Source of the DNA: Octopus sinensis
Lineage: Eukaryota
NCBI RefSeq assembly: GCF_006345805.1
Contig: NW_021835320.1
Location: 1-40,908, forward strand
Direction: 5' to 3'
Length of the DNA: 40,908 bases
Both the position numbers and the translations under genes were made by a program. Below, in pieces: positions 13,301 through 25,270 of the stretch. Numbering within the stretch: position 1 is the first letter of the stretch; each line of letters starts with the position of its first letter. The notes beneath the pieces were generated by a model. It ran no database searches, was not told the DNA's origin, and worked only from the letters and a program-made list of their open reading frames with translations.

Positions 13301-13434
13301 ATTATTGAAAGTGTAATTTACCGAGGGGTAACTGAAAAGTTTCGTGTGTTAAAGCTATCGCAAAAGGCCTTGTTGGAGGCCCAAATTTCCGATTTATTCT
13401 TCATAGGGCTTAGAAAAACTGAAGGACCGCTGCA
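13301..13434 (+). other. Candidate internal exon (unassigned)
   Basis: Acceptor cattttcctag| and donor |gtaagt. One open frame: IIESVIYRGVTEKFRVLKLSQKALLEAQISDLFFIGLRKTEGPL. An alternative acceptor at 13406 gives a 28-nt exon. No recognised homolog. Confidence 0.25.
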
Positions 13435-13709
13435 GTAAGTATGTGAATCTGAGATAGGGGATATGTTGAATAAAATCCTAATTATCTGATCCTCCTGTTT
13501 TCAGTGCCCCATTATATTGATGATATTTTACCTGTACATTTAAGGTGGTTTAGAGTCAGATTCTGGCTGCTATTTTCAACATGGCGGTATCTCGTAGATA
13601 CCCTAAATTAAAACTTTAATAATAATTATTAACTGTGAAAGTCTTTATTTCCATGCTGGCTACTTGATAGGATCGTTATTTAATTTAAATTAACGATCTT
13701 ATCCTTATA

Positions 13710-13764
<55 letters not shown>

Positions 13765-14070
13765 TGTTTTGAAGACGTCAGATGAAAAAATCAATCCAAT
13801 TACACATTTTTTTTTGGTTCTTGGTGGGGGAGGGGAATCCGGTTCTTATTGTATCGATAGTTTTGTAGAATCGCTAAATTATCGGGTAGATATACAAACA
13901 AACTGTAGTTGTTAAAGAGTTGCGGGGAGACAAACACACACACACACATACACGCACCCAAACATATATACATATCTATAGCTATATCCAGCTACATCTA
14001 TATTTATCAATCTATCTATATCTCCGTCTCTCTATCTATCTATCTATCTATCTGTATGTATATATATAAA

Positions 14071-14682
14071 ATTGTCAAGAAGGCCGAGGGTGTCTTGGCA
14101 TCACTCAGCAAGACTTTTGTTAGCCGCTCTCCAGCCATCTATTTAAAACTGTATACAGCTATGGTACGACCACACTTGGAATTTGCATCATCAGTTTGGA
14201 ATCCCTATCTTGCTCAGAACATTGACCTCCTAGAATCTGTCCAGATACGTGCAACCAAACGCATACCCTCCATCAGACACCTACCATATTCTGAGCGCCT
14301 TGTTTCCCTGGGCATGGATTCACTGAAGCTCCGGCGTCTGGCGACGGACTTGGTAAACACCCACAAGGTTGTCAACCACCTCACCAACAACAACACTGAA
14401 CACCTTTTTGATCTCCATGTGTCTAACACACGTGGACATGCCTACAAAGTCAGAAAACAACACAGCTCCCATGACTTTCGGAAACATTTTTTCACGCTCA
14501 GAGTTGCTGAAGCATGGAATAAACTGCCTGCGTCAGTTGTTGACTGCCATGACACTGCATCCTTTAAGGCCCTCATGCTTTCCGAAATCCGCCGAAACTA
14601 CACCTGATTATATATACACTTTAGATGAGTTGTAGTGCACCTGAGCACTGTACACAATTATTATTATTATTATTATTATTAT
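14071..14682 (+). mobile_element. CR1/L2-type LINE, 5'-truncated 3' end with open ORF2 C-terminus and (TTA)n tail
   Basis: Uninterrupted frame to the stop at 14607: LYTAMVRPHLEFASSVWNPY...LESVQIRATK...YSERLVSLGM...RRLATDL...TRGH...RKHFFTLRVAEAWNKLP. 3'UTR hairpin agtgc-acctga-gcact followed by an (att)n tail. Confidence 0.92.
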
Positions 14683-14770
14683 TCATACAGACAGTAGACG
14701 CAGAGAGAGATACTGAGAGACATACATATAAATAGATAGATAGATAGATAAATAGAGGATATAAATACAT

Positions 14771-14882
14771 GCGACGAGCTTTAGTTAATTTTCGTCGACC
14801 AATCTACTCACAAGGGTTGGTTGTCCCTGAGTTTTAGTAGAAACACAAGATTGTTACCACAGCGCCAGCCACGACTGCTCCT
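14771..14882 (-). mobile_element. SINE family A, old 5' fragment with internal deletion
   Basis: cgacgagc...ccaatctactcacaagg...tagtagaaacac...ttaccac...agccac resembles the head/CORE region. Confidence 0.55.
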
Positions 14883-15129
14883 CTGTATGTACAAGCATAT
14901 GTATATAAAATCTAAAGAAGTGTAAATAGCTATACAAAGTGAAATGTTTCGCAGCTGTTATATATATTGTGTTTACATTGTTTGAGCCACATTTACATTA
15001 CTTAACATTTCACAGAGGTGAGAAAAATTCATCTTTCTGTGCGATCTCGAAATGTATGTGATTGATCAAGATCATTTGGCGGATAAACAGAGTCGGAGAG
15101 ACATCTGTGGTGATTATTGGATAATGACT

Positions 15130-15480
15130 GCAGTGAACACCTGCGCCCGGCTTCGAGGAATTGCTTTCTTTTATATTTTTTTTTATATCGTAGCTTTTAC
15201 TGAGCTACTGGCCTGAGGCATGCGCAAATTTCATTTGCGCTTCTGGTCTAGCAATTTTATCAGGTTTTCAGTGACGTCCACAGACTCAGCGATACAATCA
15301 GTAGAACACCAAAATCAGCGTTTTCTCGAGCGATAAATGAAATTATTTGCGACGATGGCCTGAAAAAGTTTTTGGTTGTCGACGCGGACAGATGTTTGCG
15401 GAAATTTTAGGTGAGATTTTACGAACAATCCCCAAATTACCTGGGTTTGTAGTACACCAAGAGTTAGATATTGTCGCTGC
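15130..15480. promoter_or_regulatory. CpG-containing unique segment with NRF1-like and CRE-like motifs
   Basis: GCATGCGCA at 15218-15226, hairpin GCGCAAAT/ATTTGCGC at 15222-15240, TGACGTC at 15272-15278. Motif matches only. Confidence 0.2.
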
Positions 15481-15699
15481 CATATAGCAGTACATTCAGC
15501 TAGGTTTATTTAGTAAGTATTTAGAGTGCTGTGTAGACAAGAGAGCGCAAAGAAGGATTGCTAGCTCAGGTTATCAGATAATGATAAAATCGGTTTGGTT
15601 AGGTCCTCCTCATCCTCCCTCGACTAACCCTACACAGATTTTTGCGTTCCAATAAATAATAAATAAAGGGAAAATATGTGGCTGATTGGCTGCTGCTGT

Positions 15700-17050
15700 C
15701 TCAGTGTGTGTATGTGTGTGCGTACAACTGTGCGAGGCTGTGTTTGCGTGTGCTTCTGTGTGTGGTTGTGTGTGCGCGTAACATTATAAGATTCTGTGCG
15801 TATGTGTGTGTACGCGCGCGTTCAAGGGTATGAAACTGTGCTTGAGTGTGTATGCGCAACTGTATGAGACTGTGTGTGGTTGTGTGTGCGCATAACTTTA
15901 TAAGATCCTGTGTGTGTATGTGTGTGTGTATGTGTGTGTGTATGTGTGTGTGTATGAGTGTGTGTATGCGTGCGCGTTATACTGTACGAGACTTTGCTTG
16001 TGTGTGGATGCGCCTAACTATACAAGACTCTGTGTGTGTGTGTGTGTGTGTGTTTGTGTCTATTTGCGCGTGCAACTGTATGAAACTGTGGTTTAGTATA
16101 TTTCTTCTGTGTGTACGCGCAACTGTATAAGACTGTGTGTGGTTGTGTGTACTTGTAACTATATGAGACACTGTGTGTGTGTGTGTTTGTATGCGTGCGC
16201 GTTATACTGTACGAGACTTTGTGTGTTTTTGTGTGTGGATGCGCATAACAGTATGAGATTCTGTGTGTGCACCTAACGTTATAAGACTGTGTGTGTGTGT
16301 GTGTGTGTGTACGCACGCGTGCAACTGTATGAAACGTTGCTTGGTTGTGTACGCGCAAATGTATGAGACTGTGTGTCTGTGTTATGTGTGTGAGGTTGTG
16401 TGTATGCGTGCGCGTTGTACTTTACGAGACTTTGTGGGTTTGTGTGTATGGATACGTATAACAGTATGAGGTTCTGTGTGGGCGCGCGCGCGTATCTGTA
16501 CGAGAATATGTTTGTGTGTGCGCGCGTAACTAGTTGACTCTGTGGGTATGTGTGATCATGTGGCGTGCACGCGTATCTGTATGAGTGTGTGTATGCTTTT
16601 GTGTGTGCGTGTATCTGTATGAGACAGTGCGTGCGTGCATGTGTACGCGCCTACCTATGAGACTATGTGCGTTTGTGTGTGTGCGCATAACTGCATGAGA
16701 CTCTGTGTGTGTGTGTGTGCGTGTGTGTGTTTGTGTGTATCCATGTGTGCGCGCGTACGTAACTGTATGACACTGCGTGTTTGTGTGTGTGTGTGTGTGT
16801 CTGTGTGTGTGCGTGTGTCCATGTGTGCGCGCTTACGTAACTGTATGAGACTACGTGTTTTTGTGTGTGTGTGTTTAACAGTAGGAGACTGTGCGTGCGT
16901 GCGTGTGTACGCGCCTACCTGTATGAGACTATGTGCGTTTGTGTGTGCATGCGTGCATGCTTGCGTGAGTGTGTGTGTATGTGTATGTTTATGTGTGTGT
17001 GAGTGTGAAGCAGTAACTGAATGCGTATGTTGGTATTTGCATGCTTAACA
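15700..17050. repeat. Complex (TG)n-based minisatellite with a recurrent aactgtatgagact motif
   Basis: Dozens of variant copies of a ~14-nt motif separated by variable TG/CG runs, with variants recurring in a fixed order. Confidence 0.9.
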
Positions 17051-17189
17051 TACAATCTGCGAGTAGAAACTCTGCTGATGTCTGTGAGTGGGAGTTGTTA
17101 TCTGTGAACGTTTCTTTAACAATATAAGACTATAATTGTCTGGTGGTATCTGTGCTTAGATCTGTGTGTGAATATAATTGTAACGCTTT

Positions 17190-17221
17190 CACGTAGTAGT
17201 AGTAGTATTAGTAGTAGTAGT

Positions 17222-17254
<33 letters not shown>

Positions 17255-17463
17255 CAGTAGTTGTAGTAGTAGTGTTGGTGGTGTTGGTGGTGGTAATAGT
17301 AGTAGTGGTGGCGGAAATAGTAGTAGTAGTGTTGGTGGTGTTGGTGGTAGTGGTGTGTAGTAGTAGTCGTGTTGGTGATGTTGGTGTTGGTGGTGGTGGT
17401 GGTGTGTAGTAGTAGTCGTGTTGGTGATGTTGGTGGTGGTGGTGTGTAGTAGTAGTAGTTGTG

Positions 17464-17517
<54 letters not shown>

Positions 17518-17560
17518 TTGGTTGTGTCGGTGGTGGTGGTGGTAGTAGGTAGAAGTATTA
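17190..17560. repeat. (AGT)n/(GGT)n trinucleotide microsatellite
   Basis: Direct reading of the sequence. Confidence 0.95.
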
Positions 17561-17565
17561 ATAGT

Positions 17566-17637
17566 AGTGGAACTGAACCCGGATACACTTGGTTGCAAAT
17601 CGCGTTCTTAATACCACACAGCCATCTCTGTGCGTAT
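17566..17637 (-). mobile_element. SINE family A head fragment
   Basis: Reverse complement gatggctgtgtggta...ccgggttcagttccac. Confidence 0.65.
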
Positions 17638-18049
17638 TTTATCATTGAAAGGCAATGAACTTTCTAAATCTGTGCAGTCAGTCACAAAATAACGATTTTA
17701 CAATATTAAACTGTGCCTTTATGTTAATGAAATTCAATACTAATGACATCATAATAGCATCATAGATAATTTGACGATGGGGATATTTAAGTCATCTCGT
17801 TAGTTTTTATATTATCTTGTCGAGTATCCGGCCCCAATGTTATACACTACTAAAAAAATTATCATACTTCAACAATTAACCTAGTGTCTTTATCAGTAAC
17901 GGTAAAGATTATTACGAAATCGCGTGCTGTTTGCTTAATATTTATTAACAAAATTATATATAAAAAAGATATCCTGAAACAGTAAATATATTGGAATTTA
18001 TATGTTGATGCATAATGCATGAAATATATTAAATATAAAATAAATTTGA

Positions 18050-18750
18050 AATCCATAATTTCTGTCCAGGCAGTTCATATCACTTCTATGAAGTTCTTTG
18101 TATTACTGTGTCCACACACATTCGGCATTCTGAACACCAACTCTTAGTATATCCTTGTCTGTCAACAGATTCAAGTTCTCTAGCCGTAAAGTCGCAACTA
18201 GTGAAAGAGGGAATTAACTGTGTTAGTCTAACTGACCTCAGAAGGACACACGACGGCAATAAACATTGTTTTTCTTCGGAGCATATAAATATATAAATAA
18301 ATTGAAGATAAACAACGAAGAAGCATAGGTGTGTATTTCAATGACTATTTGATCGAGAATTAAAATTCCTTCAGCTATACTTTGATCAGTTTTCATAGCA
18401 AAAATTGATTGGCATATCTGCACTGCAGCTATTAAATTTATAAAATACTGTAGCTTCGGTTGAAAATAGTCAGTTCGCAGATATTTTTGGTTTCCAGTAC
18501 TATTTGACAGCCATTATTATCTCCTGTCGTTGAGCATTAAGACAAGACTCAAATCCGTTCATCTTGATGTCAAAATACTTTTTCAATTTCTATTTACATA
18601 CGACCTTTTGTGCCCTTGATTCGCGGATAATTACAGCGTGTTGACGTTTGCCTTCTGCCGGTGCATTGTACAGATGATCAGAAATTGTATTGATTTTGTG
18701 ACCTACATCATTCAATTCAGGTTGAGTCAAATTTATTATGTCAATCTTTT
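18050..18750 (-). mobile_element. Highly degenerate LINE apurinic-type endonuclease remnant
   Basis: Minus frame IDIINLTQPEL...HLYNAPAEGKRQHAVII resembles the N-terminal motifs of RTE/L1 APE domains. Many stops. Confidence 0.35.
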
Positions 18751-19829
18751 AAGCTTCGAACGAAGGAAGATCGTATAAACTTGGAGATATTCGAGATTTC
18801 GATTTCTGTATATAATGTACAATAAATGTAAATTTTATATATAGATGTATTAAGAATAATTCGCGTAGTTGAATATTTTAGAGAAAAAATAAAAACATTA
18901 TTTCGGGAATTGGAATAGATTAGAACTATTTAAAATATTTTCTTTCAAGTAGCTTTTATTTTAGGAAAAATTATAAAACGACAGAAAATGACATATATTT
19001 CCGCTTGCTTGTTTTAAGCCTCATATGTTTAAAAAATCTTACTGTAAGATCATTTTGTCGATTTTAGGCATTGCTCTCTCCTCAGGACTATATTAGAACA
19101 TTATTTGTTCTTGTTTTTCTTTTTAAAAATGTATGCATTAGTGCGTTCTATTTAGTACAGTTTCACGAACATTCCATTACACCAAAGGTGCTCTTTCCTC
19201 GACTGTCACGTCACGGATGAGGGACGGTAAGGGGCAAAGTTTTTATCAATGATTAACCACCATCAGCAAGGAGTGACTCGATTTTAAATAGCACAGGATA
19301 TATTTTTAGAATTAGTATTTAGTCTCAGTGTCTAACCTTGCTCCCATTAATTATCGCTTGCCAAAAATTCTCTTTAAGTTCTAGGTATTTATAGATTTGC
19401 CGAATATTCAGTAAACTTACCAAACTTTAGAAAAGAAATTTTAAAGTAATATCTATGACTGAAGATAATTTGGCTCCATCTATCGATAAGATTTACGAAA
19501 TCTAAAAACAAAAAATGAAAACAGCAAAATATTATTCTTGCGCACAAAAGATGTTTCGTCGAACTCTATACCTGATATTTCGACATCATTCCTCACGTTC
19601 TTTCTCAAATATTACTGTACAAGTCAGTGGGATCGTATTTAGAGGTTTGTTCGCATGATTTACATAATATTTTCTTCTCTCTGGAGTCCGCTGACAATAT
19701 ATTGTCCAGGTACTGAAACCTGTCTTTTCGAAATGCTGTAAGTCTGCATCATGTGAGGTAGATGTCGTTTGTCTTTTACTCAGGAGAGAGGGTAGTGTTT
19801 ATAAAGCACTGTAGGACTTCGAAGTAAGG

Positions 19830-20300
19830 AGAGAATGTTAATCTCATACCGGAAAACACAATCGATTTTTTGCAACAGTGTGGAATACTCAAGACGAAAG
19901 GTGTTGCCATTAAAGTGTGTCAAGTGCTAAGTTTACCTTTTATATAGACCATGGAACGACATATGGCTGAAAAAATTCATTCTGAAGTCCTGAGAGTTTC
20001 GACGATCCAGGGTTTTGGATCCTTATTTGTTACTGACTCGTAAAGAATGGAAACTAAAATAGTCATTGTGTGTAATTTGAACACAGAACGCGAGGAAACC
20101 GAACAAATTCCATGCGAAATTCTTCCTGGCTCTTTAACGATTTTGCTGATTCGCCGTCTTATTCGGTCAGCAGTGAACGTAATGTTCTGGAAAGCGAGGC
20201 GAACAAAGTGTCCCATCTTATTGAGAATATTATCGGTAACAAAGACAGGACAGTAGGAATTCAACTACTCCAAATCTCTTAACACATTCCTCCATTGGAA
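19830..20300 (+). mobile_element. Possible Merlin/IS1016-like DNA transposase remnant
   Basis: Frameshifted pieces TIDFLQQCGIL / LPLKCVKC / IDHGTTYG...GFWIL / EILPGS / KVSH occur in the order expected for Merlin/ISXO2-type transposases. Confidence 0.4.
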
Positions 20301-20959
20301 TATTTACCCGCCTCTCTCTGTTAAGAAAATGGCGCTTTATAAGTTCTTTGATATCATCACATTACGCTGTTTGTGCTAATGTGTTGTGTTACACTGCGCT
20401 CGTTAGCTATTCACCGCTTTCGAGCGTGATGGTCACTTGTTTCAAATTATACGCCGCACTTTCGGCCATACAAAGAATGTTGACCATTTCCAAATCATAT
20501 TCACTGACTTATCTTGAAAACTAAATGTAAGGCACTCACACCTCTTTATAGGATTTCACAGCAAATTATTTACTAATCTATAAATCTAATATAACATTGG
20601 AAAACGATAAAGGTAAATTTTCAGCTGAATCTATTTGTATCCTAAATTATCAAATTAGCCACGGCGAACTGCATCAAGAACCTTCACGTTTAACCCCACT
20701 TAAAAACAAGACCCAGGATTGGTTATAAACAATCTTTATCACGTATGTTTGTTTATTATTATAGATAATTATAGATTGCTTCCACACTTCTGTGAGAGAA
20801 TAAAGCTTCGAATCAATGTTCAGTTCCTGCTGTAAGTCAAAGCTGCAATAGCAATCAATAGCTTAAAACCACCTATGATGACGTATATTAAAGATAAAGT
20901 AGACACATATTCTGCTTACGTTCAATATGGACGATTTCCAGCGTTGCCATCGAAGTCAT

Positions 20960-20992
20960 AGGCGTAGGAATGGCTGTGTGGTAAGCAGTTGA
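20960..20992 (+). mobile_element. SINE family A head stub
   Basis: taggcgtaggaatggctgtgtggtaagcagtt matches the family A 5' end. Confidence 0.6.
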
Positions 20993-21345
20993 CGATCAAC
21001 TGCCAGCATGCCTCGACACTGTGTCGGTGGGAAGTGTGCCACTGACAGAGGGAGCAGAGGCCCATCTCAGAAGGAGGGAAGATGAATTTGTCGTATTCTT
21101 TCTGAAGGAAGGTTCGATAGAAAGCTTCCTAAGGAAGCGAGGCTTGACAGAGGAGCTCTTAGCCTGGACCGAAGGCAGGAGTTGGCCGTTGCAGGTGACT
21201 GCGAAGGTCATATCGGAGCTCAACATGGTCATGGCGGTGGGCTCCTTTATGAAGGGCTTGTTCAGAATCTAGTTTTGGGACCCCGACCGGGATCGGGAGC
21301 AGTACCTATGGGCAGCCCACAGCCTGGTCGGGGGCGAAAAAGAAT
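20993..21345 (+). other. GC-rich coding-like insert, probably a retroelement ORF fragment (unassigned)
   Basis: 83-codon non-repetitive ORF at 21021-21272, with an abrupt compositional shift from the AT-rich flanks. Confidence 0.35.
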
Positions 21346-21759
21346 AGACTTAGCGCAGTAATATGTGAATACGCATTAATATTCTGTAAGAGGGTTATTA
21401 CCTCAAGATGTGTCTTTTTAAAGAACACTGTTACGGAGAAGCAAAGGGTCGGCGGGCGCTTTCTGTCTTCTCTCATCCTCATCACCCTGTATTATTATCA
21501 TTCGTCACATCAATGCCTTGTCCAGCCCGCAAAGCTAGCGTTGAGTAATTTTATCTCTCTGGAACCCTATGCTGAGAAAATCATTGTTCGGTAAAGAAAA
21601 AGGATTATCCGTAGAAAATGTTTGACGAAACTTCAGACTGCTTTGCAGACCTCTGTCATTTAGGTCATTATTTGCGGTTGGTGTGGTTACGCGTTTCTTT
21701 CTATATTATTATGAATATAATAATAATGATCTTTATTGTGGTTGTTAGCTTTCGTCGTC

Positions 21760-21786
21760 GCCGTTGTCATCACCGTCGTCGTCAGT

Positions 21787-21825
<39 letters not shown>

Positions 21826-21904
21826 GTCGTCATCATCATCATCACCATCATCATCATCGTCGTCTTCGTCGTCGTCATCATCATCATCATCATCGTCATC
21901 ATCG

Positions 21905-21936
<32 letters not shown>

Positions 21937-22133
21937 GTCGTCGTCGTCTTCGTCGTCATCATCATCATCATCATCATCATCGTCGTCGTCATCATCATCA
22001 TCATCATCATCCTCATAATCTCGGCATCATCATCATCATCACCATCATCATCATCATCGCGATCATTCTACGTTTCATCATTGTCTTCCACGTCGTTAGT
22101 CTTCATCACCAATACAACCACCACCATCACAAT

Positions 22134-22165
<32 letters not shown>

Positions 22166-22324
22166 TAATCACCATCGTCATTGCCGTTGTCGTCATCACA
22201 TCTTCATCGCCATCATTCATCATCAGCTCCATTTTCCTCACCACTATCATCACCGTCGTCATCATCGTCATCGTCATCACATTATGATGATGATCACCAT
22301 CTCAATCATCATCATCACCATCGC

Positions 22325-22379
<55 letters not shown>

Positions 22380-22830
22380 GTTGTCGTCATCGTCATCATC
22401 ATCATCAACTCCGTTATCCATGCTCATCATCCTTGTTATCGTCACAATACCTCATCTGCTTCTTTTTCCTCTTCCATTTCCTGAATCATCAATGTCAGCG
22501 TTACCATCTTCATCACCCACAACCATCCTTTCCCCCTCTCCTCCTCTTCCACCTACTCCTCCTACTCATTATCATCGCCTTCGTCGTCGTCAACACCATC
22601 ATCATCATCCTCATCTGCATCATCATCTGCATCATCCACTCTCTCCTCCTCCTCCTCATCATCATCATCATTGTCATCACTTACATCATCCTCTGAATCA
22701 TCCACATCCTCATCCCCATCCTCCTCATCTTCCTCATCACCATCATCACCGTCATTACTGTCATTATCATCGTCATCATCACCACCATCATCATCATCAT
22801 CATCATCTACAACGGCATTATCTTCCCTCA
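21760..22830. repeat. (CAT)n/(CGT)/(CAC)/(CCT) compound trinucleotide array
   Basis: Direct reading; the source of the poly-His/Ile/Ser pseudo-ORFs. Confidence 0.95.
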
Positions 22831-23169
22831 TCGGCGCCATCTTCGTGATTTTATTTTATTACCAAACATGGAAGACGGAATTATTATCGCATTTATCTTC
22901 ATTTCCATTGTCTTTGAAAAATCAGACCTTTGCTATTAATTTGTCATCGATTCTGGATGGGCAATGTTGTTGTGCTCCTCCTCTCTCTAATCGAACGAGT
23001 TCTTCGATTGGCATATAGGTTCTTAACTTACAAAGCAATCGGCCATAACATAGCGAAATTTCTTTTATGATTTGAGAGAGGAATGTGATAATTTTACAGC
23101 CAAATACAAGCATCCAGAATATTCTTGCATGTACACTTTAATGTATGTTATACAGGTCATTGTGCTTGC

Positions 23170-23216
23170 TGTTGCTATTATTATTATTATCATTATTATT
23201 ATTATTATTATCATTA

Positions 23217-23256
<40 letters not shown>

Positions 23257-23291
23257 TTATTATTATTATATTATTATGTTTATTATCATCA

Positions 23292-23328
<37 letters not shown>

Positions 23329-23339
23329 GTTTATTATCA

Positions 23340-23382
<43 letters not shown>

Positions 23383-23475
23383 CATTATAAATGATAATAA
23401 TGATAACAGTATTAGTTATACTGGCGGCAGAAGTTCTAGAAATTGTGGAATGATATCCATGGACCTCAGTTATGC

Positions 23476-23534
<59 letters not shown>

Positions 23535-23650
23535 CATTACTACTACTACTACTATTAATATTATTATTATTATTAGTAGTAGTAGTATTAGTAGTATTGC
23601 TACCATCATCAATGTCATGTCCATTACGAGTATCATTATTATTATTAAAA
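23170..23650. repeat. (ATT)n arrays
   Basis: Direct reading of the sequence. Confidence 0.95.
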
Positions 23651-24466
23651 TAGATGAAGAATCGAGGTACATCATTTGCGATAGATCATTTGAATCATTG
23701 CACGTTACATTGATCTAAATTATAGAGAAAATCCGCAGATACCGTTTGAAATGGCAAAATGGCGGATAGTCATTTAGCGATAGATTGGTTTATAATTTCA
23801 GTGGAAATGAAACAAGGTTTAATGACGTAAAGGTTTAAGAGACTCCTTTATTAATGAAGTAACTTTATAAACATTGTCTTGTCTTAATGAGAGGAAAACC
23901 GAAAGAGAAATTAGAGTGACAAAGAGAAAGCGCGAAAGTGATGAAGCGGGGAGGTAAATTGAGGAGTTGGAAGGAAATACAACTGGCGTAAATCAAGCGA
24001 GTTAAAGGTAGAAAGCTATTACGAATGCCGTAATAGCATAATAACGAAAGTGAAAGTGAAAGAATGAGCGAAACAGTGAATGTGACAAGTTATCTATAAG
24101 AATAATATGGCGGTTATATCAGTTGTGCTGGTGATGGCGGTTTATAGACGTAGTGGTATATGATGAGAAGGAAGAGAGAAGAAATAAGACTGGAGTGAAA
24201 AACGAAACGTGAAGATGGAAGCGGCAAACGTGAAAGTAAATAATCTGTGTGTTAGTGTCAATGTGTGACTGTGTATGTGTACATGTGTGTGTGTGTGGAT
24301 GGCAGAGATTAATGAGTTTGGTGGAGTCAGCCTCTTTCTTCTCTGATTATCTATTTCTCTATCCAACAAAATGTCACCCTATGCAACTTAACTTTGTGTA
24401 TGTTTGTATGTGTGTGCGCGTGTGTGTGTGTTTGTGTATGTATATATATATAAATACACACACACT

Positions 24467-24544
24467 TACGGGAGTAGGCGCATAAATGCAATACAAGGGG
24501 GAAAAATTATAGTACTCGAAGAACGAAGGTACACTATATATATA

Positions 24545-24601
<57 letters not shown>

Positions 24602-24720
24602 GTGTATATATATGTATATATTATATGTATATATATATACATATCTCTATATATACATACATACATATTCGAGTACTATAATTTTCCCCCTTATATTGCA
24701 TTTATGCGCCTACTTCCGTA
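24467..24720. repeat. Inverted repeat (54/53-nt unique arms) around a (TA)n loop
   Basis: 24467-24520 vs the reverse complement of 24668-24720 differ by 2 substitutions and 1 indel. A third diverged arm lies at about 25050-25106. Confidence 0.9.
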
Positions 24721-24795
24721 TGTGTGTGTGTATTTATATATATACATGCATATATATATATATGTATATATGTATATATGTGTATGTATACATAC

Positions 24796-24844
<49 letters not shown>

Positions 24845-24847
<3 letters not shown>

Positions 24848-24995
24848 AGAGTTCACGAAAAAAACAAAGGACGAAGACAGGTGGTGTACAAAACAAACAG
24901 ATGTATTAGTATAACGCTCAGGAATAGACAAAGTCTTTTACGTTTCGAGCCTACGCTCTTCTACAGAAAGGGACACAAAAAACAACGAGGAGAGG
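24845..24995 (-). mobile_element. Short hammerhead-bearing repeat unit (Penelope-like LTR-type)
   Basis: Contains the motif at 24935-24970, followed by cctgagcgt...taatac...tgttt, the same layout as in 26800-27012. Confidence 0.65.
24935..24970 (-). ncRNA. Minimal type I hammerhead motif, CUGUAGA core variant
   Basis: CTTT-CTGTAGA-A-GAGC-GTAG-GCTC-GAAA-C-GTA-AAAG: 4-bp stem I, 4-bp stem II, GUA cleavage triplet. Confidence 0.7.
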
Positions 24996-25270
24996 AACAA
25001 GGAGTGGAAAAATATGTGTAGTGGCTACCCATCTATCTAAATGCACACATACACGCGAATAAGCACATAAAAGCAAAATAAAGGTCGAACATCGTAGTAC
25101 TCGAATATGTATGTATGTATATACAGTCTTGATGGTAGTTGAAATCTACTTGAGGCACATGCAAACACGCAAGAGAGCTTTTCAGTCTAAATTTTGTCAT
25201 GGATGGAATTTCTCACTGTACACAGATAGGTGCAAGCACACCATGACAGTTCGAATGCTTACCTCTGTTG

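Noticed and set aside
13909-14607. 232-aa ORF as a host gene
   Set aside because: The N-terminus is microsatellite and the remainder is a LINE ORF2 C-terminus.
15700-17050. CRISPR-like repeat-spacer appearance
   Set aside because: The repeats are degenerate, the spacers are TG microsatellite, there are no cas genes, and the context is eukaryotic.
21618-22848. Long ORFs (288, 183, 171, 155 aa) rich in His/Ile/Ser
   Set aside because: They are translations of the (CAT)n microsatellite, open in several frames and on both strands.
24015-24037. Perfect 9-bp hairpin gctattacg/cgtaatagc and nearby YY1-like ATGGCGG motifs
   Set aside because: Short matches like these can arise by chance, and there is no independent support.
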